In this document: positions 50,268-59,587 of the stretch, piece after piece | Layout: the number at the start of each line of letters is the position of its first letter | Position numbering within the stretch: the stretch's first letter is position 1 | NCBI GenBank assembly: GCA_016207825.1 | Contig: JACQZI010000027.1 | Location: forward strand, 66,929-130,928 | DNA: 64,000 bases | DNA from: Planctomycetota bacterium | GTDB lineage: Bacteria > Planctomycetota > MHYJ01 > JACQXL01 > JACQZI01 | Direction of reading: 5' to 3' | Notes under the pieces: generated by a model | What the model was told of the DNA's origin: nothing | The model's database searches: none | Seen by the model: only the letters and a program-made list of their open reading frames with translations | Translations under genes and position numbers: made by a program

Positions 50268-51649
50268 TTTTCTCCTATGGTGCTTTTGATAAGTGCGATG
50301 GCTGTCTGGTAATCGAACTGGGCCTGGATTTTATCTACCTGTGCTTTGGTTAAAGAAACCTGGGCATCGGTTACTTCCACGGCGGACGCCTTGCCGATTT
50401 TGTAACGTTCGGTAATCAAGTTCAGTGTTTCCGCCGCCTGCTTGACCGTTAAATCCGCCAGGGTCAGGCGTTCTTGGGCGGATTCCAGTTGTGCTACCGC
50501 GCGGGTCAGGTCAAGGTAAATTTTCTGTTCCAAAGAAGCCTTTGCCGCCCTGGTGGATCTCAGATTTGCCACAGCCTGGTCGATTTGGCTGGTATTCTGG
50601 AATCCATTGAAGAGATTTAAACCCAAAGAGCTGCTTAATGACCAGTTCCAGACCAGGGGGAATTCGCTGCCGCTCCACCGGTAACTGCCGCTTAAGGAAA
50701 GCGAAGGAAATAGATTGGCGATTGCCTTGTCAACCGATGCCGAGGCCGCGCGCTCGCGGGATTGCTGGGCCAGAAATTCAGGCTGTTGTTCCTTGGCGGT
50801 TTTAAGAAGGCTCTCGAAAGAATAATCTTTCATCTCCGCTGGTTTTGATTCCTCAATCGTATATTCCGGGTCTTCGGCCAGGCCGAGCGTGTTATTAAGA
50901 ACCGCCCGAGCTGTGCGCAAGTCATTGCGGCTGTTGACCAGGCTGATGCGCGCGTTGCTTAAATCCACTTCTGCCTTGGTGATATCGTATTTAATCTTTC
51001 CGCCGACCTCTACCTGGATTTTAGTTTGTTCCAGGTGTATTTCATACTGTTTTACGGTTTCCTCGGCCACTTTAAGCAATGCCTGTTGTTTTGATAAATC
51101 GTAATACGCCTGCTTGACGTTATAGGCAAGAGAATTTTCCGCTGCTTTCAATGATGATTCCGCGGTAAGCTTGTTTTCATAAGCCTGGCGGATATTGGCG
51201 GGTGTTTCGCCGAAATCATAAATCAACTGGCTCAAAGAAACGCCGGTTGAATAAGAAGAGTCCCCTAATGTATTATCAGCCGTCTTGGTTGATGTGTTTG
51301 AAGTGGATTTAGAAACGCTGGCGTTTGCGCTGACCGTGGGAAGGTATCCGGCAATCGCGTCACCGTATTGTTTTTCCGAACTTATAAGGGATTGCCTTGA
51401 CTGGACCATGGAAGGATGGTATTGCAGGGCGATTTCCAGCGATTTATCCAAAGTCAATACGGAATCCTTGGTTAATCCTATTTCCGAAGCCGTAACGGTC
51501 CGTTCTCCCGCAGGTATATTATCCGTATCCTGCGCCTTGCGCGCCTCGCGGACGGATGAGCACCCTGTTACCAGCCAAGCAGCCGCCAATACAAAAATTA
51601 AAAGTTGTCTAAGGCTCATAATTTTTTTCTCTCTCTTTCTAATAAGCAC
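50264..51649 (-). CDS. TolC-family outer membrane efflux lipoprotein
   Basis: VTGC lipobox; two OEP repeats; ERYKIG..VEVTDAQ. Confidence 0.9.
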   Translation of the reverse strand: MLIRKREKKIMSLRQLLIFVLAAAWLVTGCSSVREARKAQDTDNIPAGERTVTASEIGLTKDSVLTLDKSLEIALQYHPSMVQSRQSLISSEKQYGDAIAGYLPTVSANASVSKSTSNTSTKTADNTLGDSSYSTGVSLSQLIYDFGETPANIRQAYENKLTAESSLKAAENSLAYNVKQAYYDLSKQQALLKVAEETVKQYEIHLEQTKIQVEVGGKIKYDITKAEVDLSNARISLVNSRNDLRTARAVLNNTLGLAEDPEYTIEESKPAEMKDYSFESLLKTAKEQQPEFLAQQSRERAASASVDKAIANLFPSLSLSGSYRWSGSEFPLVWNWSLSSSLGLNLFNGFQNTSQIDQAVANLRSTRAAKASLEQKIYLDLTRAVAQLESAQERLTLADLTVKQAAETLNLITERYKIGKASAVEVTDAQVSLTKAQVDKIQAQFDYQTAIALIKSTIGEK

Positions 51650-52071
51650 TATTTTTTATCTTCTTTCGGGTTGTCGAATGATTTCCTGCGCCTTTCGGCC
51701 ATTTCTTTGTCGAATTTTACAATCTGCTCGTTATTAAGAACGGCGCGTATTTCCGAATCCATTCCGTCAAAAGTAGTGCGCATGGCATTTGATAATGCGG
51801 TAAATCTTTCTTTGACGATGGTGTATATCTGTTTTGCCTGTTCCTCGGTCAAATCGTAATTTCTACGCATATGCGAAACGACTGCATTTGTCCGCTCTTC
51901 TAAATTCCCGTGTCCCGGCCTGTGATGGAAGAGAATCGTTTGGGCTAAAATGCCCCCGATAAAGATTCCGCAAACCAAAAAGCTAAGGCACAGGATAATC
52001 AAGCGCCACTTCTTGCGGTGCGGTGCAGGAGGCGGCAATGGGCTTTTTTCTGCTAACAAGTCCGTATTCAT
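51649..52071 (-). CDS. Membrane-anchored Spy/CpxP-like periplasmic protein
   Basis: TM helix; DLTEEQ..IRAVLNNEQ motifs; ATGA coupling with the upstream gene. Confidence 0.65.
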   Translation of the reverse strand: MNTDLLAEKSPLPPPAPHRKKWRLIILCLSFLVCGIFIGGILAQTILFHHRPGHGNLEERTNAVVSHMRRNYDLTEEQAKQIYTIVKERFTALSNAMRTTFDGMDSEIRAVLNNEQIVKFDKEMAERRRKSFDNPKEDKK

Positions 52072-52316
52072 AATAGCACGTTCCTTATTGATTCGAAAAA
52101 CGCGGTTAAGGGATCCTGCGGGACGAGGCATATCTGCCAAAACAGGATGAAAGAACTGACCGTTGCCAGGCTGCTTGTAATAAGGAGCCAGGAACTGACA
52201 ACAGGCTCTTCCTTCGCCAGGATGCTTTGGATGACCGATTGGGTTACATCCAAAGAAGGGGTTTGTTCTTCCCTGGCGCTTTCGGCTAATTTTTCAATGA
52301 TATCAAATTCTTTCAT
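52068..52316 (-). CDS. Small membrane protein, putative anti-sigma factor
   Basis: Translationally coupled to the ECF sigma; single TM helix. Confidence 0.6.
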   Translation of the reverse strand: MKEFDIIEKLAESAREEQTPSLDVTQSVIQSILAKEEPVVSSWLLITSSLATVSSFILFWQICLVPQDPLTAFFESIRNVLL

Positions 52317-52960
52317 ATAGACATCTTTTCGGTAATAAGTTTTTTAAGCTTTCCGCGCGCCCGATGCAGCCGGACTTTTGTCATAATAAGGCTCCATCCG
52401 GTAAGTTCTGCAACCTCTTTAACGGAACATTCTTCGAAATAAGTAAGCGTCAGCGCCAGTCTATCCTTGGGAGGAAGGGTATCCAGCATGGAATGAATAA
52501 TTTCCGCGGCGCGGTCAGGCTTTATTTTATCTTTACTTATTATAATTTCATCAAGCCCTTCCAGAGACCGTTGGTCTTTCAAAGTCCTGGCCGTCTTTTT
52601 CCAGTAGCGGTAGCCTGTCCTTACGGCGATTTTCATGAGCCAGGGGAGGAAAGGTGAACCTTGCTTAAAACTTCTTAAAGAGCCGTATGCTTCCACAAAG
52701 ACATCCTGGACGAGTTCTTCAAGGCGTGTCCGGTCGCGCGTAAAACGCCACATCTTTGCCGTGACCTGGTTCTGATAGCGTTTGATTAATTCCGTAAAAG
52801 CATCACGGTTTCCGTTAAGAATCTCGGTTATATCCCGGCTATCGACTTGCTCAGGCGGGTTATCCAGGGCATAATCAACGTCCGTGGCGTTTTGCAAGAA
52901 GAGCGCCAGCCTGCTGGTGATAAATACAGGCTTAGGTAGTTTTAATTCTGCAGTCAGCAT
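52313..52960 (-). CDS. ECF RNA polymerase sigma factor
   Basis: AFTELIKRYQ, EELVQDVF, PWLMKIA, SVKEVAELTG..KVRLHRAR. Confidence 0.93.
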   Translation of the reverse strand: MLTAELKLPKPVFITSRLALFLQNATDVDYALDNPPEQVDSRDITEILNGNRDAFTELIKRYQNQVTAKMWRFTRDRTRLEELVQDVFVEAYGSLRSFKQGSPFLPWLMKIAVRTGYRYWKKTARTLKDQRSLEGLDEIIISKDKIKPDRAAEIIHSMLDTLPPKDRLALTLTYFEECSVKEVAELTGWSLIMTKVRLHRARGKLKKLITEKMSI

Positions 52961-53243
52961 AATTCGTCCTTCTTTATAGTATATTGGTAAGATATTTTTA
53001 AAAGGTTACATGAAAATATTATTTTAGTGCATTTTGTGGTGCGGCCTGTCTTTGGAGTCGTTCACCGCCGATTAACCTTTTCATCAGCCTGCCAATCTTA
53101 TAATAACCCCGGACGATACAAAAAGTTCCGGTAAAACAATAAAGACCGGAACTTTCACGCCATTAAAGTGTTATTAATAAAGTATAGCCTACATAATTTA
53201 TTGCATGATTTCCAGATAAAAAGATAATATAACGTCAGGAGGA

Positions 53244-54113
53244 GTGAAAGATATGAAAAACATATTGACTTATGCAAATTCAGCGGTGCTGGTGGTCTTG
53301 GTTGTTGGCCTGGCATGGGGGGTTATGGAGTTTTATGACTATAAAGAAGAAATAGATGCGCTCAAGCAGTCCTTGAATAAAGCGGCGCCTGTTGTTCCGG
53401 GCGGTTCCGAAGGCGCGGCTTCCGAGCTGGAGGCGCGGCTTTCTTTGCTGGAAGATTTCGTGGATAGGCTGACCGAGCAATCCGTCAGGGATAATACGGA
53501 TGATAAAGAGAAAATACAGGCCTTGCAGAACCAGATGGCGGACGACCTTTTCGGCACCATCGGGAATAATTTTAACAGGGAAGACGGCTCTGCCCCGGCC
53601 ACCATAGATGATGTGAAAAAGATTGTCCAGGAAGAGCTCCAGAAAAGCCGTTCCCAGCGCAATAATTTCAGGCCTCCGGAAAGGAAGACCGTTACCATCG
53701 ATGAGCTTGCCGAGGAACTGAAACTTACTTACGACCAGAAAATAAAGCTCCAGCAGGTGCTGTTTGCACAGGAGCAGAAATTGGTGGAAGCCGCCTTCGG
53801 GATTAAAGACCAGGTGCAGATGCAGGCTTTCAAGACAAAGTTAATCTTGAGCGCGAATGATGAGAATATCAAAAAAGAGCTTACCCAGCAGGTCAGGGAT
53901 AACCGCCGCAGTATTTTCCCCGTATTCGGCGGGACTATTACGCAGATCAGGGAAGTTGTCGGCAATGAAAAGCTTCCCGAATATTTCAATTACGAGGTGG
54001 ATACCAAAAGTGAATTTGCCCCGGCCCTGAAAATCATCCAGGATTCTTTCGGCAGTAACTTCGGCCCGCAAAGGAACCGGGGAGGCCAGAGCCAGCCTAA
54101 TCCGCAAAGATAA
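53244..54113 (+). CDS. Membrane-anchored coiled-coil hypothetical protein
   Basis: N-terminal TM helix, coiled coil, LKLTYDQ motif; RBS AGGAGGAG. Confidence 0.7.
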   Translation: MKDMKNILTYANSAVLVVLVVGLAWGVMEFYDYKEEIDALKQSLNKAAPVVPGGSEGAASELEARLSLLEDFVDRLTEQSVRDNTDDKEKIQALQNQMADDLFGTIGNNFNREDGSAPATIDDVKKIVQEELQKSRSQRNNFRPPERKTVTIDELAEELKLTYDQKIKLQQVLFAQEQKLVEAAFGIKDQVQMQAFKTKLILSANDENIKKELTQQVRDNRRSIFPVFGGTITQIREVVGNEKLPEYFNYEVDTKSEFAPALKIIQDSFGSNFGPQRNRGGQSQPNPQR

Positions 54114-54156
54114 GATTGATTGTTCATTTCGGCGGGTTGTTTGTCCGGAAAAATTC

Positions 54157-54471
54157 TTATTGTTTCTCCCGGAAAGAGTAGCCGCATTTGGTTCCGGGAA
54201 ATACGATATTACGGTCTTTGATGTCTCTTTTATCTATCGGGAAATAGCGGCACACTTTGGAGCGGGAATCATAAAGCTTGCATGCAGCCGCTTGGGTATG
54301 GTTGGTTAAAAAAGGGCATTCAAAATTTATCTTGCAGCAGGCGCCGCAGCGCTGGCATTCGCCTTCCCTTTGCGAAAGCATTTCTTGGGTCCGGCGGGGC
54401 GTCAGGTAAATTATGCACATCCGCCTGATTTTTCCCCACATAAGGACCGTATGGTTTATAATCTGTTTCAT
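54157..54471 (-). CDS. CxxCxxCC (YkgJ-like) metal-binding protein
   Basis: CQRCGACC..CPFL..CKLYDSR..CRYFP. Confidence 0.8.
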   Translation of the reverse strand: MKQIINHTVLMWGKIRRMCIIYLTPRRTQEMLSQREGECQRCGACCKINFECPFLTNHTQAAACKLYDSRSKVCRYFPIDKRDIKDRNIVFPGTKCGYSFREKQ

Positions 54472-54673
54472 CTTTCGCTTAAATAAACGGCAATCGTTTA
54501 TTACACTTTAGCTAAAAAAGGCGATTTAGTCAAGAAAGATATTAATTTAATCGGTTGTTTCGCATTAAATGAAAATAAAAATTTAGTAGGTTTTCTTGAC
54601 CTTTTTGATTACATGCTTTTATAATAGGGCTCACTGCATAGATAATATACATTAGAGAAAATAAGGAGAAATC

Positions 54674-55837
54674 GTGATGAGTAATGTAATTGCGACTAAA
54701 AGCGTTCCGGGAATGGAAATGTTTAAGGAATGGTATGAGGCGCGCCATGAATACGCCAAGGAATGGAAGAAGAACCATCCCAAGGGAAAAGTGATGGGTT
54801 ATTTCTGCACCTACGTTCCTGAGGAAATTCTTTATGCGGCTGATGTCCTGCCTGTCAGGATTTTAGGCTCGCATGAACCGCAGGATGTGACCGAGCCGCA
54901 TATCTTCGCGATGTATTGCCCTTTCTGCCGGGATTGCCTGGCCCAGGGTTTGAAGAATCGTTACGATTACCTTGACGGCATCATGATTGCCCAATCGTGC
55001 CTCCATATCCGGCAGGCGTTTACCTCGTGGCAGTTGCATATCCCGGTGCCTTACAGTTATTATCTCCCGATGCCGAATAATCTCCAGACTCCTCACGCGA
55101 CTCCTTATCTTGCCGGTGAACTGGCCGCATTCAAGAAATCCGTGGAAGAATGGACCGGCAAGAAACTTACGGACAAGGATTTGGACAAAGGCATCGAGAT
55201 AATGAACAGGAACAGGAAATTGCTTAAGCAGATTTATGAGACCAGGAAATTAGAAAATTCTCCGGTTACCGGTTTGGATGCGATGTATCTGGCGGTTTCC
55301 GCGCAGATGGTTGATAAAAACGAGCATTCCCGCGCGATGGAAACGGCATTAAAGAAATTAGCATCTGCCAAAACCGAACGCCCGACCGGGACACGGCTGA
55401 TGATTCTGGGAAGCGAAGATGACGACACGGAATTCGTCAATATGGCTGAATCCTGCGGGGCAACCTTTGTGATAGACGACCACTGCACCGGCTCGCGGTA
55501 TTTCTGGAACGAAGTCACTCCCGGCAGCGACCGTTTGGCGGCAATCGCCAAGCGCTATGTGGAACGTCCGGCATGCCCAAGCAAGGACTGGCCCCAGCGG
55601 ACCCGCCTGGCGCATATAATGAAACTGGCAAAAGACTATAGGGTGCAGGGGGTGATTGTGATACAGCAGAAATTCTGCGACCCGCACGAGCTGGATATCC
55701 CGGCGATACAAAAGATGTTTAAGCAAAGCAATATCCCCACGCTATTCCTGGAATTCGACGTAAGCGTTCCGGTGGGCCAGTTCAAGACGCGCGTAGAGGC
55801 ATTCCTGGAAATGATTCAGCAGGAAGATTTATTCTAA
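54674..55837 (+). CDS. bzdN: Benzoyl-CoA reductase bzd-type subunit N (2-hydroxyacyl-CoA dehydratase family)
   Basis: WYEARHEYA, CTYVPEE, HEPQDVTEPHIF, CPFCRD, DDHCTGSRYFWN, QQKFCDPHE, PTLFLEFD match my recollection of BzdN. Confidence 0.85.
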   Translation: MMSNVIATKSVPGMEMFKEWYEARHEYAKEWKKNHPKGKVMGYFCTYVPEEILYAADVLPVRILGSHEPQDVTEPHIFAMYCPFCRDCLAQGLKNRYDYLDGIMIAQSCLHIRQAFTSWQLHIPVPYSYYLPMPNNLQTPHATPYLAGELAAFKKSVEEWTGKKLTDKDLDKGIEIMNRNRKLLKQIYETRKLENSPVTGLDAMYLAVSAQMVDKNEHSRAMETALKKLASAKTERPTGTRLMILGSEDDDTEFVNMAESCGATFVIDDHCTGSRYFWNEVTPGSDRLAAIAKRYVERPACPSKDWPQRTRLAHIMKLAKDYRVQGVIVIQQKFCDPHELDIPAIQKMFKQSNIPTLFLEFDVSVPVGQFKTRVEAFLEMIQQEDLF

Positions 55838-55977
55838 TAAAGCGGGAGTTCCCCGCCTGTGAAGGCGGGGGTGAAAGCCGTTTCCAGCAACAAAGTTGCT
55901 GGACAAGCGAAGCTTGAACCCGTAAGAACCACGCCTGTAAAGGCGTGGGAATCTATGCGCCGGAAAAGGTCTTGACA
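55838..55977. mobile_element. IS200/IS605-like non-autonomous remnant
   Basis: Two related hairpins, CCCCGCCTGTGAAGGCGGGG (55851) and CCACGCCTGTAAAGGCGTGG (55929), plus an internal stem at 55883-55903; no transposase. Confidence 0.55.
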
Positions 55978-56066
55978 ACCACTCCGTTTTACTGTGGAGC
56001 CGCAGCGACATCCCGACACAAAGTGTCGGGATATAAATACATCCATCTTGTAGTGAGAAACGAACG

Positions 56067-58079
56067 ATGCCAAAACTAAAGCCATTAGCCGACCAGCCCG
56101 ACACCCGTCCGACCGAGTCATCCGGGCGGAGGACACCCGGTCTGGCGGGTTACCCGCCTGAACGAAGCATTCGGGCAGGTCTGGAAGAAATCAAATCCGC
56201 CCATAATAAAGAAAATTGGTTTACGGTAAAACGCCTGGGCGAAAAGACAATAAAATCATTATCTTTTAACTCCCTTCCGCCTTCAGATAAATACCAGCTA
56301 TATTGCTATTTAGGCGATGCTTATCGCTTTCTTGGAGAATTTTCACGTTCACTGGATATTTATTATAAAGCATCTTTACTTGCTTCTAAACGCCTCAAAC
56401 CTCCTTATAACGCCATGATATTCAGTGTTCTGGGGCTTAATTTCCTGAATATTGGAAACATCAATCAGGCATTAAACCAATTCAAGAAAGTCGAGCAATA
56501 TTATCAGGAATGCGGCGATAAATTATACCCGATGGATACATCAAGGCGTTTCTATAATCTTTTAGGGCTTGGTTATGTATATCTCCATAAAGACGAACTG
56601 GATGAAGTGAAAGAAACCATTGAAAGAAAACTGCCCGCATACTTGTCATTATTATCTGACAAGGATATTGTTATGGAGTATTACCATCTAAAAGGAGAAT
56701 ATTTGATAGCGATAAAAAACTATAAGGATGCCCGCGTATCTTTTTGGGAATCTATTAAAATCGGCGAGCAAATCAATTTACCCGCTGGTGTTATTACCGC
56801 AAAAATACATCTCGCCATAATTGACCTTATAGAAAACCAAAAGCGCTTCGCTATTCAGAATCTGCAAACTATTCTGAAGGATGCACAACGGCTAAAACTC
56901 AATGATATTGTTTGTGAAGTCGGGCTTCTTTTAAGTAAATGTTACAGCCTTAGCGGCTTCCCTGATAAAGCAATAATAATAGAAAACCGCATTAAGCCTA
57001 TTCTGTCCAAGCTTGATACGGTTTGGCTCTATGAAAAAACCCGGGAATTCGATAGGCTCTATCAACAATTACAGGGTAAACCCAAACATATATCCAAATT
57101 TATCCCGAAGATACTGGTTCAAACCCTTGATGGCCGTTATGAAAAGTCGGCTGATAAGTATACCATTGTTGGTAATCATCCCGCAATGCAAGAAATTTAT
57201 CATCTTATAGAAAAGATTGCTCCGACAGACTTACCGGTGTTGATTCAAGGCGAAACCGGCACGGGAAAGGAACTTATTGCCAGTGCCATACATAATAATA
57301 GCCGGCGTGTAAGCAAAACCTATTTCCCCTTTAACTGCGGGGCGCTTCCGGAAACGCTTATTGAAAGCAGTTTATTCGGCCATACCAAAGGCGCTTTCAC
57401 CGGTGCAATCGAAGAGAAAAAAGGTTATATTGAGCTCGCTTCAGGCGGCACGCTATTTATAGATGAAATCGCCAATATGTCTCCGTCTATGCAGCAGAAG
57501 TTACTACGAGTTCTTGAAGAAAAACTTCTCTGGCGTGTTGGTGCCTCAAAACCAATTCAGATAGATACCCGCTTTATCTTTGCCAGCAATCAGGATATTG
57601 AACAACTGGTTAAGCGAAAACTCTTCAGGGAAGACCTGTTTTACCGCATCAATACGATAGTGATAAATCTTCCTCCCCTCCGCGACCGAAAGGATGACAT
57701 TCCGTTATTGGCCCAGCATTTTCTACGAAAATATGGTCGTCCCTCGTCTCTCGTCTCTCCTTCCGCCCTTTCCCTTTTTACCGCCTACCCCTGGCCCGGC
57801 AATATCCGTGAACTGGAAAACGAAATAAAACGCATCTGCGCCTTATATCCCGATGTCAAAGTTATAGAAGAATCAATGTTATCTGATACCATCCGTAATT
57901 ACCAACCACCTGCCCATCCGCCGAAAAGCAAATCCCTTAAAGAGTCAACTCTATCATATCAACGAAAATTTATTAAAGATGTTTTAGACAGTTGTAATGG
58001 AAATATCACCCAGGCGGCCCATTTATTAGCATGCGCCCCGGCTAATCTCTGCCGGAAAATGAAGTCGTTAAAACTTTAA
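56067..58079 (+). CDS. Sigma-54-dependent activator (TPR-AAA+-Fis HTH)
   Basis: GETGTGKE, GAFTGA, LFIDEI, FREDLFYRI, WPGNIREL, C-terminal HTH; TPR-like N-terminus. Confidence 0.94.
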   Translation: MPKLKPLADQPDTRPTESSGRRTPGLAGYPPERSIRAGLEEIKSAHNKENWFTVKRLGEKTIKSLSFNSLPPSDKYQLYCYLGDAYRFLGEFSRSLDIYYKASLLASKRLKPPYNAMIFSVLGLNFLNIGNINQALNQFKKVEQYYQECGDKLYPMDTSRRFYNLLGLGYVYLHKDELDEVKETIERKLPAYLSLLSDKDIVMEYYHLKGEYLIAIKNYKDARVSFWESIKIGEQINLPAGVITAKIHLAIIDLIENQKRFAIQNLQTILKDAQRLKLNDIVCEVGLLLSKCYSLSGFPDKAIIIENRIKPILSKLDTVWLYEKTREFDRLYQQLQGKPKHISKFIPKILVQTLDGRYEKSADKYTIVGNHPAMQEIYHLIEKIAPTDLPVLIQGETGTGKELIASAIHNNSRRVSKTYFPFNCGALPETLIESSLFGHTKGAFTGAIEEKKGYIELASGGTLFIDEIANMSPSMQQKLLRVLEEKLLWRVGASKPIQIDTRFIFASNQDIEQLVKRKLFREDLFYRINTIVINLPPLRDRKDDIPLLAQHFLRKYGRPSSLVSPSALSLFTAYPWPGNIRELENEIKRICALYPDVKVIEESMLSDTIRNYQPPAHPPKSKSLKESTLSYQRKFIKDVLDSCNGNITQAAHLLACAPANLCRKMKSLKL

Positions 58080-58136
58080 TCTTTCGGAACAAAGCCGGAT
58101 TAAATCGCCTAAAAGATAACACGTAGAAGCACGCTT

Positions 58137-58186
58137 GTTACCAAAAAGTAACTAAATTACCGAAGGTATTATCATTTTGATAATAC
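58137..58186. promoter_or_regulatory. Candidate upstream activator sequences
   Basis: Palindromes GTTAC-N6-GTAAC (58137-58152) and GTATTATCA-ttt-TGATAATAC (58166-58186), 100-150 bp upstream of the -24 box. Confidence 0.55.
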
Positions 58187-58226
58187 TTATTGCGGGGCTC
58201 ATTTTACTATCCGCGCGGTTGTTATC

Positions 58227-58252
58227 CTAACTCCTTGTTTATAAAGCATTAG
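58227..58252. promoter_or_regulatory. IHF-like site
   Basis: Minus strand AAACAAGGAGTTA has one mismatch to WATCAANNNNTTR; lies between the UAS and the promoter. Confidence 0.5.
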
Positions 58253-58287
58253 GTAATTTGTGCGTTTCCTTTAATTTCCCTGAGACT

Positions 58288-58302
58288 TGGCACGATATTT
58301 GC
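58288..58302 (+). promoter_or_regulatory. Sigma-54 -24/-12 promoter
   Basis: TGGCACG-atat-TTGC, exact consensus. Confidence 0.88.
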
Positions 58303-58378
58303 TCTAAAATGAAGCATATATTCGCACGAACCTGAAAATAAGTCTCTGGTTGCTCCGGCGAATAGAGAGGAAAATGAC

Positions 58379-59290
58379 ATGAAAAAGCATAGTTTTCTGG
58401 TGTTGATTTTATTAGGCCTGTTAGCGGCGGTCGTAGTGGCGGATAATGAAAGAGGTAAAGCTAAAATCACATGGGAAAAGAATTACGATGTGGCATTGAA
58501 AAACGCTCAAACTACGGGTAAACTCGTCCTGGTATTTTCCACCTGCGACTGCTGAGCGGTTCAGCGGGCAGAAGCAAGCCGTGTGCTTGCGGATGAAACG
58601 TTCATAGAGCTTACCCGGCAATTCCACATGGTTAACGGCACCGCCAAAGAAGCGGATAAATTCAAGATGGACGAATATACTAAAAAAGGCGGAATGGTGA
58701 TTGTTGATCCCGATGAGAATGAAATCATCCGCGGGTCTTTTCTCTACCGGAGCCAGGGGCAAGCCGCTCCCGAAAAAGCGCTGGAAATAATAAATGGCGC
58801 CTTAAAAATATATGCTCCCAAAGAAATTGACTGGTTAGATTCGCTTGAAAAAGGAGTAGAACTCGCGAAGGATGGTAAAAAACTGTTATTTATCGCCTTT
58901 GCCGACGACCAGCAAGATTCGCTGAAAACCCTGAAGGCGCTGGAAAACCCGTTCCTGGTTAAAACCAATGAAAAATTCGTATTTGTTAAGGTAAAAACGG
59001 CAAAAAAACCGGATAAACCTTCCGCTAAAAAGGAAACGGATGAGGAAAAGAAAAAACGTGAAGCCGAGATAGCGGTATCGCTGGCACAAATGGATAAGTG
59101 GAAAGTTTCCTCCGCGCCGGTTATTTTCATCGTTGACCCGGGCGAGCCTGAACCGGAAAAGAAACCATTGCAAAAAATAACCGGCCTGCGTGATACGGTG
59201 TATCTGAAGAAAAATATGAACAAGGCTTTGGATGATTACCGTAAGTCGCAGGAAGAAAAGAAACAAAAAGAGGAAAAAGAAAAGAAATAA
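58379..59290 (+). CDS. Secreted tandem thioredoxin-fold protein, probable selenoprotein (UGA at 58553-58555)
   Basis: ATG 58379 with RBS and signal peptide; WEKNYDVALKNAQTTGKLVLVFSTCDC-TGA continues in frame into ORF 58583-59290; second Trx-like domain starts IDWLDSLEKG. Confidence 0.78.
58556..58597 (+). promoter_or_regulatory. Candidate bacterial SECIS hairpin
   Basis: GCAAGC-CGTGT-GCTTGC (58574-58590); loop begins 24 nt after UGA; possible lower TTCA/TGAA pairing. Confidence 0.55.
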
Positions 59291-59312
59291 CGATTATCGA
59301 GGTGATGTGTTT

Positions 59313-59570
59313 ATGAGTAAAACTGCGGCCAGAAACCTGAATTCCGAATTCGCAATTCGCAATTCAGTTTGCCCCCCTTTAACCACGGACGATATCTTCA
59401 CCCTGCGCGGTAAACCAATGGTTAAATGTATTGAACCGGCTAAAAACTTGAATTTACCAGTTGAGCGGCGCAATCAGAAATGGGTTTATGTGTCTCTTCA
59501 TACAAACAATGAAGAGCATTATTTCTTTAAAGATGGCTATTTAGTAGGCTGGAAACGAATGAGTCTGTAA
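59313..59570 (+). CDS. Small hypothetical protein
   Basis: GAGG RBS; RGKP..KWVY..YFFKDGYLVGW, loosely SmpA-like. Confidence 0.6.
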   Translation: MSKTAARNLNSEFAIRNSVCPPLTTDDIFTLRGKPMVKCIEPAKNLNLPVERRNQKWVYVSLHTNNEEHYFFKDGYLVGWKRMSL

Positions 59571-59587
59571 GGACAAAAGGAGATAGT

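Noticed and set aside
55838-55977. OMEGA (TnpB/IscB) guide RNA locus
   Set aside because: No tnpB or iscB nearby; only end-like hairpins are visible, so it is kept as an IS remnant.
58553-58555. Genome-wide UGA reassignment (code 4 or 25)
   Set aside because: TGA terminates other genes (ends at 5373, 8827, 17602, 27429), and conserved genes show no internal TGA.
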